Assembly (NCBI GenBank): GCA_963764625.1 | Contig: CAVXTH010000001.1 | Span: forward strand, 32,001 to 96,000 | Length of the DNA: 64,000 nt | From: Candidatus Krumholzibacteriota bacterium | GTDB taxonomy: Bacteria > Krumholzibacteriota > Krumholzibacteriia > JAJRXK01 | Direction: 5' to 3' | Part shown: positions 11,629 through 21,186 of the stretch, in pieces | Layout of the letters: every line of letters begins with the position of its first letter | Position numbering within the stretch: the first letter of the stretch is position 1 | Made by a program: the position numbers and the translations under genes | The notes under the pieces: generated by a model | The model's input: the letters and a program-made list of their open reading frames with translations, nothing else | Databases searched by the model: none | What the model was told of the DNA's origin: nothing

Positions 11629-14145
11629 ATGAAGAAGCTCTCGATTCCGCCCTCTCCACCGCAAGGCGTCGCGCCGACCCTCCTGCGCCTGATTCATCTC
11701 CTTTGCTTCGCGCCGCTCTTGGCCCTCGTCTGGGCTCTCCCCGCCGCGGCGCAGGAAGAGGACCCGGTCCAGGAGGCGAGCCAGGCTCTCGAGGAGTATC
11801 GTCCCGATCTGGACCGCGACGCCACAGTGGCCCTGGCGAAACGGCTGGAAGAGCTGGAGACGCAGCTCTCCCCCGCACGGCACGACAGCCTACGCTCGAG
11901 GCTGCTCGAAATCGCGGGGCTGCTCTCCTTCCGCCATGGTGAGCTGGAGCACGCACGTGCGCTGTGGGAGAGGGGTCTTCAGGCCGCCCGCGACGCGAAT
12001 TCTCCCCAGCAGATCATGTCGCTGCTCAACATGAACGCAGTCGGGGTGAGTCAGGCCGGTGATTTTGAGCGTGGGATCGAACTCTTTCACGAGCTCACCT
12101 TGTTGCGTCACGAGCACGGCGATCGCCGGGGCGAGGGCATCGCCTGGAACAACATCGCCAATGCCAACATGCAGCTCAATCGACTGCCCGAGGCGACGGC
12201 CGCGGTCGACTCGGCCAAAGCCTGTTTCGAAGAGGTCGGCTTCGCGCGCGGCCTGGGCAACGTGTACGTCCTGCGCGGTCTCACTCTGCTCGAAATGCGC
12301 CGCAGCGAGGAAGCACTCGCTTCCTTCGACGCGGCGGCCGAGGTGGCCCGCGAGCTTCAGCAGAAGGACCTGATCGCCACCGCGCTGGCCAACCGCGGGC
12401 GCGTGAAGATGCTGCGCGGCGAACCCTACGAGCTGGCTCTGGCCGACGTCGATTCAGCGATCGCGCTCTGGCAGGAGATGGACAACCGCCATCAGCTTCT
12501 CATGGTGCGCATGATTCGCGGCGAAGTACTGGTGGAAACCGGACACGGGAAAGAGGGCCTCGATCTTCTGCAGGCAGTGCTGGCGCAGCGCAACGCGGCG
12601 GGGGAAGACTTCGACGCCCTGCCGGTTCGCAATCTCATCGGCGCGGCCTATCTGGAACAGAATCGCCTGGAGGAAGCGCGGAACTATCTGCAGGAGACTC
12701 TGACTCTGCTCGAGGAAATGCGCGCGCTGACCAAGGACGAACGCACGCGCATCGGTATCTACCGCCGCGGTGGCCTCGCCCATCGGGATCTGGCAGACGT
12801 TCTGATTCGAGAGGGCAAGATCGAGGAGGCCTGGGCGGTGGCCGAGCGAGGGCGGGCGTGGCTTTTGCGCGAACAGCTCACGCCCACGGGAGGCGCGGCC
12901 GCGATCATCGAGCTCGCCACCTTGCAGGCGCGGCTGGCCGACACGGGAGCCGTCTACGTCCACCTGTCCGAGCGCCTGGCCGGATCCAGCTTCGCCTTCG
13001 TGATCGACGGAGAAAACCTCGAGGTAGTGAGGATCTCGGTCCCCCACGAGCTCATGGCCGATCTGGAGATGGCCATCTATCAGATGGCCAACGGATCCCC
13101 CGACGAGTTGTGTGACCCCCCGCTCTCGCGTCTGGGCGCGGCCCTGATTCAACCCCTGATCCCGTATCTCCCCGAGGACGGACGCGGCGTCTTGTTCTCG
13201 CTTCCTTCCAACCTGAGCGATCTGCCGCTGGATGCCCTCCTCTACGAAGCCGACGGAACGGAGCGAGTCTTCGGCGAACACTACGCAACATCTCTGGTGC
13301 CCTCGGCCACGACCTGGGACGATTTGGAGGAGAGAGTCGCGCCGAGTGAGGGCGTCTTTGCGTTCGCCGATCCCACCCCACGCGTGGCGGCCGAGGAGGT
13401 GGGCGCAGTGACGCGTTTCCGCGACGTCTTGGCCCTTCCTCTGCCGCAGGCGCGCGAGGAAGCGCGCGCGGTGACACGGCGCGGCGGGCGTCAGCTCGTG
13501 GGCGAGGAAGCCTCCAAGCTACAGTTCCTCGACTTGATCGAGCGCGATCCCGGTGTGCTGCACTTTGCGACCCACGCGGTGGTGGATCCGGTGTACCCCG
13601 AGCAATCGGCCCTGCTTTTGGCCGGCGGCGAGGAGGATCGCCTGACCGCCGGCGAGATCGAGTCGCATCCCTTCCACACCGATCTGGTCACTTTGAGCGG
13701 GTGCCGCACCGGCGGCGGTTTGATGTACATCGGCGAGGGAACCCTCGGCCTGATGCGCTCCTTCTTCGTGGCGGGCGCACGGAGCGTGGTGATGTCGCGT
13801 TGGGACGTGGAGGACACCGCCGCGCGTCGCTTCATGGAAGTGTTCTACGCCGAGCTGGAGAAAGGTGAGGATCGCGCGGTGGCGATGAAGACCGCCCGTG
13901 CCCGCCTGCATCGCGAGGGCTTTCCCCACCGCGATCGTTCGGCCTTCGTGTTGGCCGGAGTGGCCACCGAGCCGGTGGCCTCGCTCTTGAACCGAAAAGA
14001 GCCGGGCTCGCTGCAAACCCGGCTCCTTCATCATCGCCGCGCTGATTCTGCTTTCGGGCTCCCTCCTCCGGCAGATCAGGCGTCGGCGAACGGGCGCCGC
14101 CGGCAGCTAGGCCTCCTTCGGCTCAACGTTGGACGCTGGCCGTGA
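11629..14145 (+). CDS. secreted TPR + CHAT (caspase-like) protease; true C-terminus probably frameshifted, ending at 14110
   Basis: signal peptide ending AAA-Q, TPR-like helices, LHFATHA and LSGCRTG His/Cys dyad, SRWDVED. Confidence 0.88.
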   Translation: MKKLSIPPSPPQGVAPTLLRLIHLLCFAPLLALVWALPAAAQEEDPVQEASQALEEYRPDLDRDATVALAKRLEELETQLSPARHDSLRSRLLEIAGLLSFRHGELEHARALWERGLQAARDANSPQQIMSLLNMNAVGVSQAGDFERGIELFHELTLLRHEHGDRRGEGIAWNNIANANMQLNRLPEATAAVDSAKACFEEVGFARGLGNVYVLRGLTLLEMRRSEEALASFDAAAEVARELQQKDLIATALANRGRVKMLRGEPYELALADVDSAIALWQEMDNRHQLLMVRMIRGEVLVETGHGKEGLDLLQAVLAQRNAAGEDFDALPVRNLIGAAYLEQNRLEEARNYLQETLTLLEEMRALTKDERTRIGIYRRGGLAHRDLADVLIREGKIEEAWAVAERGRAWLLREQLTPTGGAAAIIELATLQARLADTGAVYVHLSERLAGSSFAFVIDGENLEVVRISVPHELMADLEMAIYQMANGSPDELCDPPLSRLGAALIQPLIPYLPEDGRGVLFSLPSNLSDLPLDALLYEADGTERVFGEHYATSLVPSATTWDDLEERVAPSEGVFAFADPTPRVAAEEVGAVTRFRDVLALPLPQAREEARAVTRRGGRQLVGEEASKLQFLDLIERDPGVLHFATHAVVDPVYPEQSALLLAGGEEDRLTAGEIESHPFHTDLVTLSGCRTGGGLMYIGEGTLGLMRSFFVAGARSVVMSRWDVEDTAARRFMEVFYAELEKGEDRAVAMKTARARLHREGFPHRDRSAFVLAGVATEPVASLLNRKEPGSLQTRLLHHRRADSAFGLPPPADQASANGRRRQLGLLRLNVGRWP

Positions 14146-15827
14146 CGGTGCTCGCATCGTTCGTCGTGGTCGCATTGGTTCCGGCTACCTGCAGGCGCAA
14201 CTCCGCCAAAGCCTGACCCTGGCGCGCGAGCTGTTCGCTTTGCGCCTGGATCTGCCGCTGTTGCTCCTGCAGAGAGGCAATGAGCAGCGGAATCAATTCG
14301 TCGTACTCCACGCTCAGACTCTTCTGTTCGTCGTCGCCTTCGTGGACGATTTCGGGAACCACTTCCCGTAGCTCCTGCGCGATCAGTCCCAGCTGCCGTC
14401 CGCGCTCCGGCAGATCCTTCCAGCTGAAGCTCACCGGTCGTAGCTTCATCAGATCGTTCAAACCGTAGTCGAGGTCTTCGATGTTCTTCTTGAGACGGCG
14501 ATCCGACGGCGTGTCGACCGACATTGCATAGACGACGTTCCAGCGCTTGGCAGAGGATCCCAAATTCCACAGCGCGAAGGCCGAGGGCTCGACCGAACCC
14601 CCGAAGACCGAAGTGCGATCGCTCTGGTGGATCTGAAGGGCGGGAAGACTATTGGTGGCGGCGCGGAGGATGAAGTCATTGCCGTCGGCCACCGAATTGC
14701 GCAGGAACCACTTTTGGTTCACTCCGTTCTTGAGCACGATGTTGACGTCCGACGCGTTACCGCTCAACTCGAAGGTGTCATCCGCGGTGAGAACTCCCCC
14801 GATGTTGAATCCACTGGCGGTCCCGTAAATGCCGTCGAGCATCCACTGGAGTCCGGAGGAGTAGATTCCGGCGGTGACCAAGCCGGCCCCGGACTCGCCC
14901 AGGTCGAACCACTTGGTGAATTCCAACTTCGAGGGGCTCAGACGCACTCCCAGATCTTCGAAGGGCGCCGTGCCGGTGCCGGTGTCCCTTCCCAAGAGGA
15001 TCTCGTTGGCCTGACTGGAAGAATTCAGGTGCAGAAGCGCGTCGGGCGCACTGGTGCCGATCCCCACCTGGCCGCTCGGTTCGATCGCCAGGCGCTCCGC
15101 GCCGCCGTTGGTGATCGAGAACACGCTCTGAGGACTCTGCTCCATCACGAGTCCCCACGAACCGCCCGAAGTCATGCGGATCGCGACCGGGACCTCGATC
15201 GGGGTGTGGATGTCCAGTTTTTGCGCCGGAGTGGAGGTGCCCAGACCGACGTTCCCACTGACCCCGAGCTCGAGATCGTTCCCGTTGATGGTCCAGTCGC
15301 CGTCGGATCCGCCGCCGGTGTTCGCGTTGATGGTGAGCGTATTTCCGCTGGGCACCACGCTGACGTTGGTCCCGCCCACCAGGCTCACCGCTCCCTTGAG
15401 ACCGTTGAGCGTCTTCACCGCGGCCTGATCGTCGACGGCCAGGGCGTAGGGAACGGAGGAGAGTTCACTGCGTGGAGTGAGTTCGCTGCCTCCATCCACC
15501 ACCAGGGCCAGCCAGAGACTCTGGTCGAAATCGACCGAGCCCATGGACGTCACCGAACCCAGGGTGGCCTCGGCGAGCCCGTCTACCAGGTCGAGCACTT
15601 GCGTCTCTTCCCAGAGTTTGGTTCCCGCCGACGGGTCGTCGTACAGGCGGAAGACGATGGTGTGACTTCCCTGCAAGCGCGACCCCGCTGCCGTCTTCGA
15701 CGATTCCCTGCCAACCGATGGTCTGAGGAACCGCGGCGTGGGCGCGGGGTGTTAGCGATGCGAGGGGGGCGAGCGCCGCGAGGAACGCGAACATCAAGAT
15801 GAGTGCGAAGTAGGCAAACCGGCGCAT
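14123..15827 (-). pseudogene. secreted tail-fibre-like protein with C-terminal S74 intramolecular chaperone, split by a +1 frameshift near 15675
   Basis: signal peptide + VPQTIGWQG in ORF 15465-15827 continues as QGSHTIVFRLYD in ORF 14123-15676; GNVGLGTSTP repeats; SDRRLKKNI...LRPVSFSWK; coiled coil. Confidence 0.8.
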
Positions 15828-15859
15828 GAGAATCTCCTTTCGTGAGAGCTAGCCGCGCG

Positions 15860-16396
15860 TCAGCGCGCGAGGACCAGGCGCCGGACTTGCTCGAAACCGG
15901 GAGCCTTGAGTTGGTAGAAGTAGACTCCGCTCGCCAGATCGGCGGGAGCGAAGACGAGACTGTGTTCTCCCGCGCTCTGCGTCTGGTTCACCAGGGTGGC
16001 CACGCGCCGTCCACGGACGTCATAGAGGCTGAGCAAGACGTGTCCGTCCGCAGGAAGCGCGTAGCTGATGGTGGTGCGGGGGTTGAAGGGATTGGGATGG
16101 TTCTGGTCCAGGCGATAGCTCTTGGGCAGCGTGGGCGTCGGATCCTCCACCGCGGTGGCCGGGCCCTTTCTCTCCTTCGACAAAAAACCATGGCGTACGG
16201 TGATTTGTCCGTCGCTGGCCGTACCCGTCGCCGGTTGACCCAGAGTGAGCAGGACTTCTCGACCGCTTCGGGAGGCCCTTTTGCCACCGGAAGTGATGAC
16301 CTTGCGCTTGAGTTCCTTTTCCAACGGCGCGGTGGCCCCTAACGCGATCGCGAAGAGGACTGCCAGGCTGAGCAGGACCAGGAAGCGTCGGAGCAT
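15860..16396 (-). CDS. small secreted protein with T9SS-A/FlgD-like C-terminal sorting domain
   Basis: signal peptide; LDQNHPNPFNPRTTISY...YDVRGRRV...LASGVYFYQL. Confidence 0.85.
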   Translation of the reverse strand: MLRRFLVLLSLAVLFAIALGATAPLEKELKRKVITSGGKRASRSGREVLLTLGQPATGTASDGQITVRHGFLSKERKGPATAVEDPTPTLPKSYRLDQNHPNPFNPRTTISYALPADGHVLLSLYDVRGRRVATLVNQTQSAGEHSLVFAPADLASGVYFYQLKAPGFEQVRRLVLAR

Positions 16397-16612
16397 GTCC
16401 GCTTCCTCCTCGATCGGCACCGGGGGGAAGGTCTCGGGGCCGCTTCTCCTGTCTCATTTGGGGTGGACGGAAATCTCCCGCGTGAATTTCCGAGGCGCGG
16501 ATTGAAGAGCGAGAGCGGTCTGTCGTATACTCGCTGCAGGCTCCCAGCCACCTCAACCGTCACTTCGGATGCCCGTTCGCGGGCGAACTCTCCGAAGGGA
16601 ATTGGGTGAGCC

Positions 16613-17176
16613 ATGAAGCACTCCACTTTGGCGCTTCTCTTCGTTCTCTTTATTCTTCTGGCCGCTCCGGCGCACGCCGCCTCCATCGGCATCTATGCTG
16701 GTGGGGTTCCCTGGTTCGAAACTTGGTCGAGCTGCATCATCCCGACGATCGATCTGGTGCTCACGAACCTCGAGCAGCCCCTGAAGGCGCTCGAGTTCTC
16801 CGTCGAGGTTTCCCAGGAACTCCAGGGGCGCCTCGAGTGCGTGACGACTCCTGGCGTGACCATCACTCAGGACGGGGATCAGTTTACGATTCGACTGGAC
16901 GACTGCTGGTCGGCGAGGAGCGACTATTCGGTTCCGCTCTTCTCTCTTCTCTATGCGCCGGAGACCGTTCAGAGCATCTGCCTGGCACCGGCGAGTTCCA
17001 GTCCCCTCGATCCGCCCGCGATCAGTTACGAGAGCTGTGACGGTGAGGTCGTTCCCCTGGAAGTCGCTCCGATTCCCTACGGCCTGGAGGAAATTGGAGA
17101 CGGCTGTCTCCTGGTGGCGGCGAGGCACGTTCCGGTGGCCGAGAGCACTTGGGGAACTCTGAAAACCTGGTATTGA
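16613..17176 (+). CDS. secreted Cys-containing protein with C-terminal STWGTLKTWY tail
   Basis: signal peptide AHA-A; terminal VPVAESTWGTLKTWY. Confidence 0.75.
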   Translation: MKHSTLALLFVLFILLAAPAHAASIGIYAGGVPWFETWSSCIIPTIDLVLTNLEQPLKALEFSVEVSQELQGRLECVTTPGVTITQDGDQFTIRLDDCWSARSDYSVPLFSLLYAPETVQSICLAPASSSPLDPPAISYESCDGEVVPLEVAPIPYGLEEIGDGCLLVAARHVPVAESTWGTLKTWY

Positions 17177-17310
17177 GTGCGAGTGCACGTGACGCGCTCT
17201 TCGGTGATGATCGGCGAATTGTCTACCCGGGTAGAAAATCTGAACTGCGGCAACTGTGCGCGGCAAGAGCGTGGTTGCTGGAAGATGCTACCCAGCGTGC
17301 TACCCCCAAC

Positions 17311-17340
17311 AAAAAAAGCCCGGCGCGCTGGCCGGGCTTC
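17311..17340 (-). terminator. intrinsic terminator after tRNA-Gln
   Basis: AAGCCCGGC/GCCGGGCTT stem with T7 on the minus strand. Confidence 0.75.
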
Positions 17341-17367
17341 GTTCAGATCGACACTAGTCGAAAATTC

Positions 17368-17441
17368 TGGTTGCCCGGGGAGGATTCGAACCCCCATCGA
17401 CTGAGCCAGAGTCAGTTGTCCTGCCATTGGACGACCGGGCA
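17368..17441 (-). tRNA. tRNA-Gln(CTG)
   Basis: TGCCCGGTCGTCCAATGGCAGGACAACTGACT-CTG-GCTCAGT...GGTTCGAATCC...AACCA, 74 nt, U1-A72. Confidence 0.95.
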
Positions 17442-17483
17442 ATGAGGGGACAATAATTAGGCAAGAGAGGGCCGCTTGGCAAG

Positions 17484-18923
17484 CTATGATGCCCCGAGCA
17501 AGCGTTTGACCACCGTCTCCTTGCCCAGCACCTCCATGCTCAAAAACAGGCTCGGCCCCACTTTCTGGCCGGTCAGCGCCGCGCGCGTGGGATGCACCAG
17601 CTCGCCCAACTTCACGCCCAACTCCTCGGCGTAGGTCCGCATGAGCGCCTCCAGAGAGGCCGCATCGAACTCGCCCAACCCGTCGACCCGACGCGCCAAC
17701 TCGGCGAGACGCCCCACCGCCGCCGCATCGAGACTCTCCTGGGTCTGGGGATCCCGCGGATAGTCATCGCTGAAGTAGCACGCCAGACGCTCGGCCGCCT
17801 CGCCCAGAAAGCTGATCCGCGCCCCCATGATCTTCACCACTCGCTTCAATTTCGCGCGCGCCGCCTCGTCGTCCTTGCGGACCAGCCCCGCGTCGACCAG
17901 GCGGGGCCATATCAGAACCGCGCGCCGCTGATCGTCGAGATTCTTCATGTGCTGGGCATTGACGTAGCGGCATTTTTCGGGATCAAAGACGGCGGCGGTG
18001 TTGTTCAGCCGTTTCAACGAAAACGCTTTGATGAGCTGGGGCATCTCGAAGACTTCCTGCGCGCCGCCGGGATTCCAGCCCAAAAGCGCCAGGTAGTTCA
18101 CCAGCGCCTGTGGTAGATAGCCTTCCTCGCGGAACTCCTCCACGCTCGCCGCGCCGTGGCGCTTGCTCAACCTCTGTTTGTCGGGCCCCAAAATCATCGG
18201 CAAGTGACCGAACTTGGGCAGCTTGAAGCCGAAGGCCTCATGGAGGTGGATCTGCCGCGGGGTGTTGCTGATGTGATCGTCGCCGCGCAGCACGTGACTG
18301 ATCTTCATCAGCCCGTCGTCGACCACGCAGGCGAAATTGTAGGTGGGAAAGCCATCCCCCTTGACCGCCACCCAATCGTCCAGCACCGCGCACTCGAACT
18401 CCGTGTCCCCGTGCACCAGGTCGGTCCACTTGATCGAACCCTCCTTGGGCATGCGCACGCGGATCACCGAACTTCGGCCCTCCGCCTCGCGCGCGGCACG
18501 ATCTTCCGCACCGAGCTCGCGGCAGGTTCCGTCGTAGATTCTCTGCCGGCCTTCCTCGACTGCTCTCGTGCGCATCGCCTCGAGTTCGGCGGGAGAGCAG
18601 TAGCAGCGGTAGGCCACACCCTTGTCGAGCATCTGCTGGGCGTAATCGTCGTAGAGTTCCCGGCGCTCGCTCTGCACGTATGGTCCAAACTCGCCGCCCA
18701 CGCCCGGTCCCTCGTCGTAGTCCAGCTCGAGCCACTGGAACGCGCGCAGAATCTGCTGGTGGCTGTCCTCGGTGGAACGCTCCTGGTCGGTATCCTCGAT
18801 GCGCAGAATGAACACGCCCTTTTGCGCGCGCGCGTAGAGCCAGTTGAAGATCGCGGTACGCGCCCCGCCGACGTGCAGCGTCCCGGTGGGACTGGGAGCG
18901 AAGCGAACGCGGACGTGACTCAT
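17484..18923 (-). CDS. gltX: glutamyl-tRNA synthetase
   Basis: RVRFAPSPTGTLHVGG, LSKR, anticodon-binding domain; start at MSHVRV. Confidence 0.95.
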   Translation of the reverse strand: MSHVRVRFAPSPTGTLHVGGARTAIFNWLYARAQKGVFILRIEDTDQERSTEDSHQQILRAFQWLELDYDEGPGVGGEFGPYVQSERRELYDDYAQQMLDKGVAYRCYCSPAELEAMRTRAVEEGRQRIYDGTCRELGAEDRAAREAEGRSSVIRVRMPKEGSIKWTDLVHGDTEFECAVLDDWVAVKGDGFPTYNFACVVDDGLMKISHVLRGDDHISNTPRQIHLHEAFGFKLPKFGHLPMILGPDKQRLSKRHGAASVEEFREEGYLPQALVNYLALLGWNPGGAQEVFEMPQLIKAFSLKRLNNTAAVFDPEKCRYVNAQHMKNLDDQRRAVLIWPRLVDAGLVRKDDEAARAKLKRVVKIMGARISFLGEAAERLACYFSDDYPRDPQTQESLDAAAVGRLAELARRVDGLGEFDAASLEALMRTYAEELGVKLGELVHPTRAALTGQKVGPSLFLSMEVLGKETVVKRLLGAS

Positions 18924-19921
18924 CGGGTCCCACCCTGGGGCGCCCCCGGATCCCCCAGCTTCTGGGGATCCAGCAGTTCGAGCAGCCGCGACACATTCAC
19001 CTCGTACACCTGTGGCACCGCCTCCTCGAAGATCACCCCTTGCTCCAACCGATCCAACAGCTGCACCACTTTCGACCAGCCGTAGCTTTCGGCGAGATTC
19101 CACGCCATGAGGAAGGCGTTGTACTGTGCGATGCGCCCGGTTTCCTGGTCGGTCAGCGGATAGATGGTTTGCAAGACCTCCTGGGAAGAGAGAAGTACGC
19201 GATGGTCGACCCGGTACTGATTCATGAAGTCTTCCAGCACGCCCCCTTCCTCCGCGAGATAACTCGCGAGACCCGCGCGCAACCACTGCGGGAGAAGTCC
19301 GTGGCACTTCATGTCCAGATAGGAGGTCGCCACTCCGTTGCGGATGGCGTGCAGCGCCAGGGTACGGCTCCACAGAACCCCGATGGGCTCGTACACGATG
19401 AACGGCCCGTCCACCACCTGCGTGACCCAAAAGTCCTTGCCGGCCACCCGTTTGTAGTCGAGCAGAGTGGACGCGGCGTAGATCTGGATCTTGCCCTTGG
19501 GCTCGAAGTGGAGCGCGTCCTTCATGTCCTCGTGGGCCAGGTCATGCAGCTCGAGCCAACGGCCCACCATTTCCTCGGTCACCTTCGGTGGACGATTGAC
19601 GGTGAACCAGCGGCCGGTCATGGTGCTGTCGGTCACCACGAGATCGGGATGATTCAGCCGCGTTTTGAAATGGTAGTAGGTGTTGGGACCGTAGGGCACG
19701 CCTTCGTCGTCGTAGAGAATACCCCATTCTCCCTGGGAACCTTCCGGCCACCAGTAGGGCTGGTTGAGATCGTTGGGATAGCCCTTTTCGGCGATGCGCG
19801 GCGCGTCGTAGGAGGGATACCTCCCCATCCCGGGACTCGGCATGCCACCGGTAGCAGCGCAGCCACCCAGGAGCACGAAGGACAAGAGAACAAGGGGAAA
19901 GACGAGAATCTTCGACGACAT
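18920..19921 (-). CDS. lipoprotein with degenerate peptidase-MA-like domain
   Basis: lipobox LGGC; LPQWLRAGLASYLA resembles PxWxxEGxA; no HExxH. Confidence 0.6.
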   Translation of the reverse strand: MSSKILVFPLVLLSFVLLGGCAATGGMPSPGMGRYPSYDAPRIAEKGYPNDLNQPYWWPEGSQGEWGILYDDEGVPYGPNTYYHFKTRLNHPDLVVTDSTMTGRWFTVNRPPKVTEEMVGRWLELHDLAHEDMKDALHFEPKGKIQIYAASTLLDYKRVAGKDFWVTQVVDGPFIVYEPIGVLWSRTLALHAIRNGVATSYLDMKCHGLLPQWLRAGLASYLAEEGGVLEDFMNQYRVDHRVLLSSQEVLQTIYPLTDQETGRIAQYNAFLMAWNLAESYGWSKVVQLLDRLEQGVIFEEAVPQVYEVNVSRLLELLDPQKLGDPGAPQGGTR

Positions 19922-19929
19922 ACACGAAC

Positions 19930-21186
19930 CTATTCGTTTCTGAGTGCGTCGGTGATTTGCATCCGCGCCGCGCGACGGGCCGGATACGCTCCGAAAACGA
20001 GTCCAACCATCATAGAAAAACCCAAGGCGAGCGCCAACATCCACCCTTTCCAGTAGAAAGGGAAGCTCAACTGCTGGTTGAGGCCGCGGGCCAGAAGGTA
20101 CCCCAGCAGCGCGCCCGCGATTCCACCCAGGCCGGTGAGCACCGTCGCCTCGGCCAAGAACTGGCGCAGGACATCTCCGCGGCGTGCCCCCAGGGCCCTT
20201 CGGACCCCCACCTCGCGCGTGCGTTCGCTGACCGAGATCAAGAACATGTTCATCACGCCGATACCCCCCACCAGAAGTCCGATGGAGGAGAGGACCACCA
20301 ACGCGAGCATCACCCCCATGGTGAGCGAATCGAGCAACTTCTGCAGGGTCTGGCTCGCGACCACCGCGAAGTCGTTCTTCTGCCCCGGCCGCAAGCCACG
20401 CAACTGTCGCATGATGGCGATGACCTCGTCCCGCGCCTGTTCAAGAGTCACCCCCGGACGCAGCGTGGCCTGCAGGGTGATCTGATCGTGCTCGGTGGCG
20501 AAATCCTTTTCGAAGGTGGTGTAGGGGATGGCGGCGTAGTTCTCACCCAGACGTCCGGTGATGTGTTTGCGCTCCTGGAACACTCCGATCACCCGGTAAC
20601 GTTCGCTGCCGACACGCACGTCCTTTCCCAGAGGATCGGTGTGGGGAAAGAGCTGCTGCCACGGGCCATAGCCCAGCACGATCACGCGGCGGCGGCGCTC
20701 GATGTCGTCGAAATTGAGAAACCGGCCCAGCGCGATCTTCATGCTGAAGATCTCGGTCGCTCCCTGAGATGAGCCCCAGACCCAGATGAACTCCGAACGT
20801 TCCTTGCCCCGAAACAGCATGGGCGGCGCGACCCCTTGACCGAACTCGTGGGTGTACACCACCGTTTCCAGAGTCTTGGCCCTCTGCTTCAGCTCCTCGT
20901 AATCGTGCACCGTGAAGTCGCGCCGGTTCGCGGCCTCCTTGGCCTCCTGTGCGTCGAGAAAGTCGTACTTGGAAATGGTGAGGTAGGGCCGGTTCGCGCT
21001 GACGATGTCCTCGCGCAGCTTCTCCTTCAGACCGAAGAGCAGCGAGATCATGGCCAGAAGCGTCGCGGTCCCGATCGACACGCCCAAAATGAGCAGCAGC
21101 GAACGCATGCGCTGAGCGCGCAGAGCCTCGAAGGCGATGCGCAGGTTCTCCGTGGAGAGTAGACGCCAGCGGGCCTCCTCACTCAT
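19930..21186 (-). CDS. MacB/FtsX-type ABC transporter permease
   Basis: GGIGVMN...SVSERTREVGVRRALGA, QFLAE. Confidence 0.92.
   Translation of the reverse strand: MSEEARWRLLSTENLRIAFEALRAQRMRSLLLILGVSIGTATLLAMISLLFGLKEKLREDIVSANRPYLTISKYDFLDAQEAKEAANRRDFTVHDYEELKQRAKTLETVVYTHEFGQGVAPPMLFRGKERSEFIWVWGSSQGATEIFSMKIALGRFLNFDDIERRRRVIVLGYGPWQQLFPHTDPLGKDVRVGSERYRVIGVFQERKHITGRLGENYAAIPYTTFEKDFATEHDQITLQATLRPGVTLEQARDEVIAIMRQLRGLRPGQKNDFAVVASQTLQKLLDSLTMGVMLALVVLSSIGLLVGGIGVMNMFLISVSERTREVGVRRALGARRGDVLRQFLAEATVLTGLGGIAGALLGYLLARGLNQQLSFPFYWKGWMLALALGFSMMVGLVFGAYPARRAARMQITDALRNE

Noticed and set aside
14123-15827. Prophage suggested by the tail-fibre chaperone domain
   Set aside because: Protein has a Sec-pathway signal peptide and there are no capsid, terminase or integrase genes.
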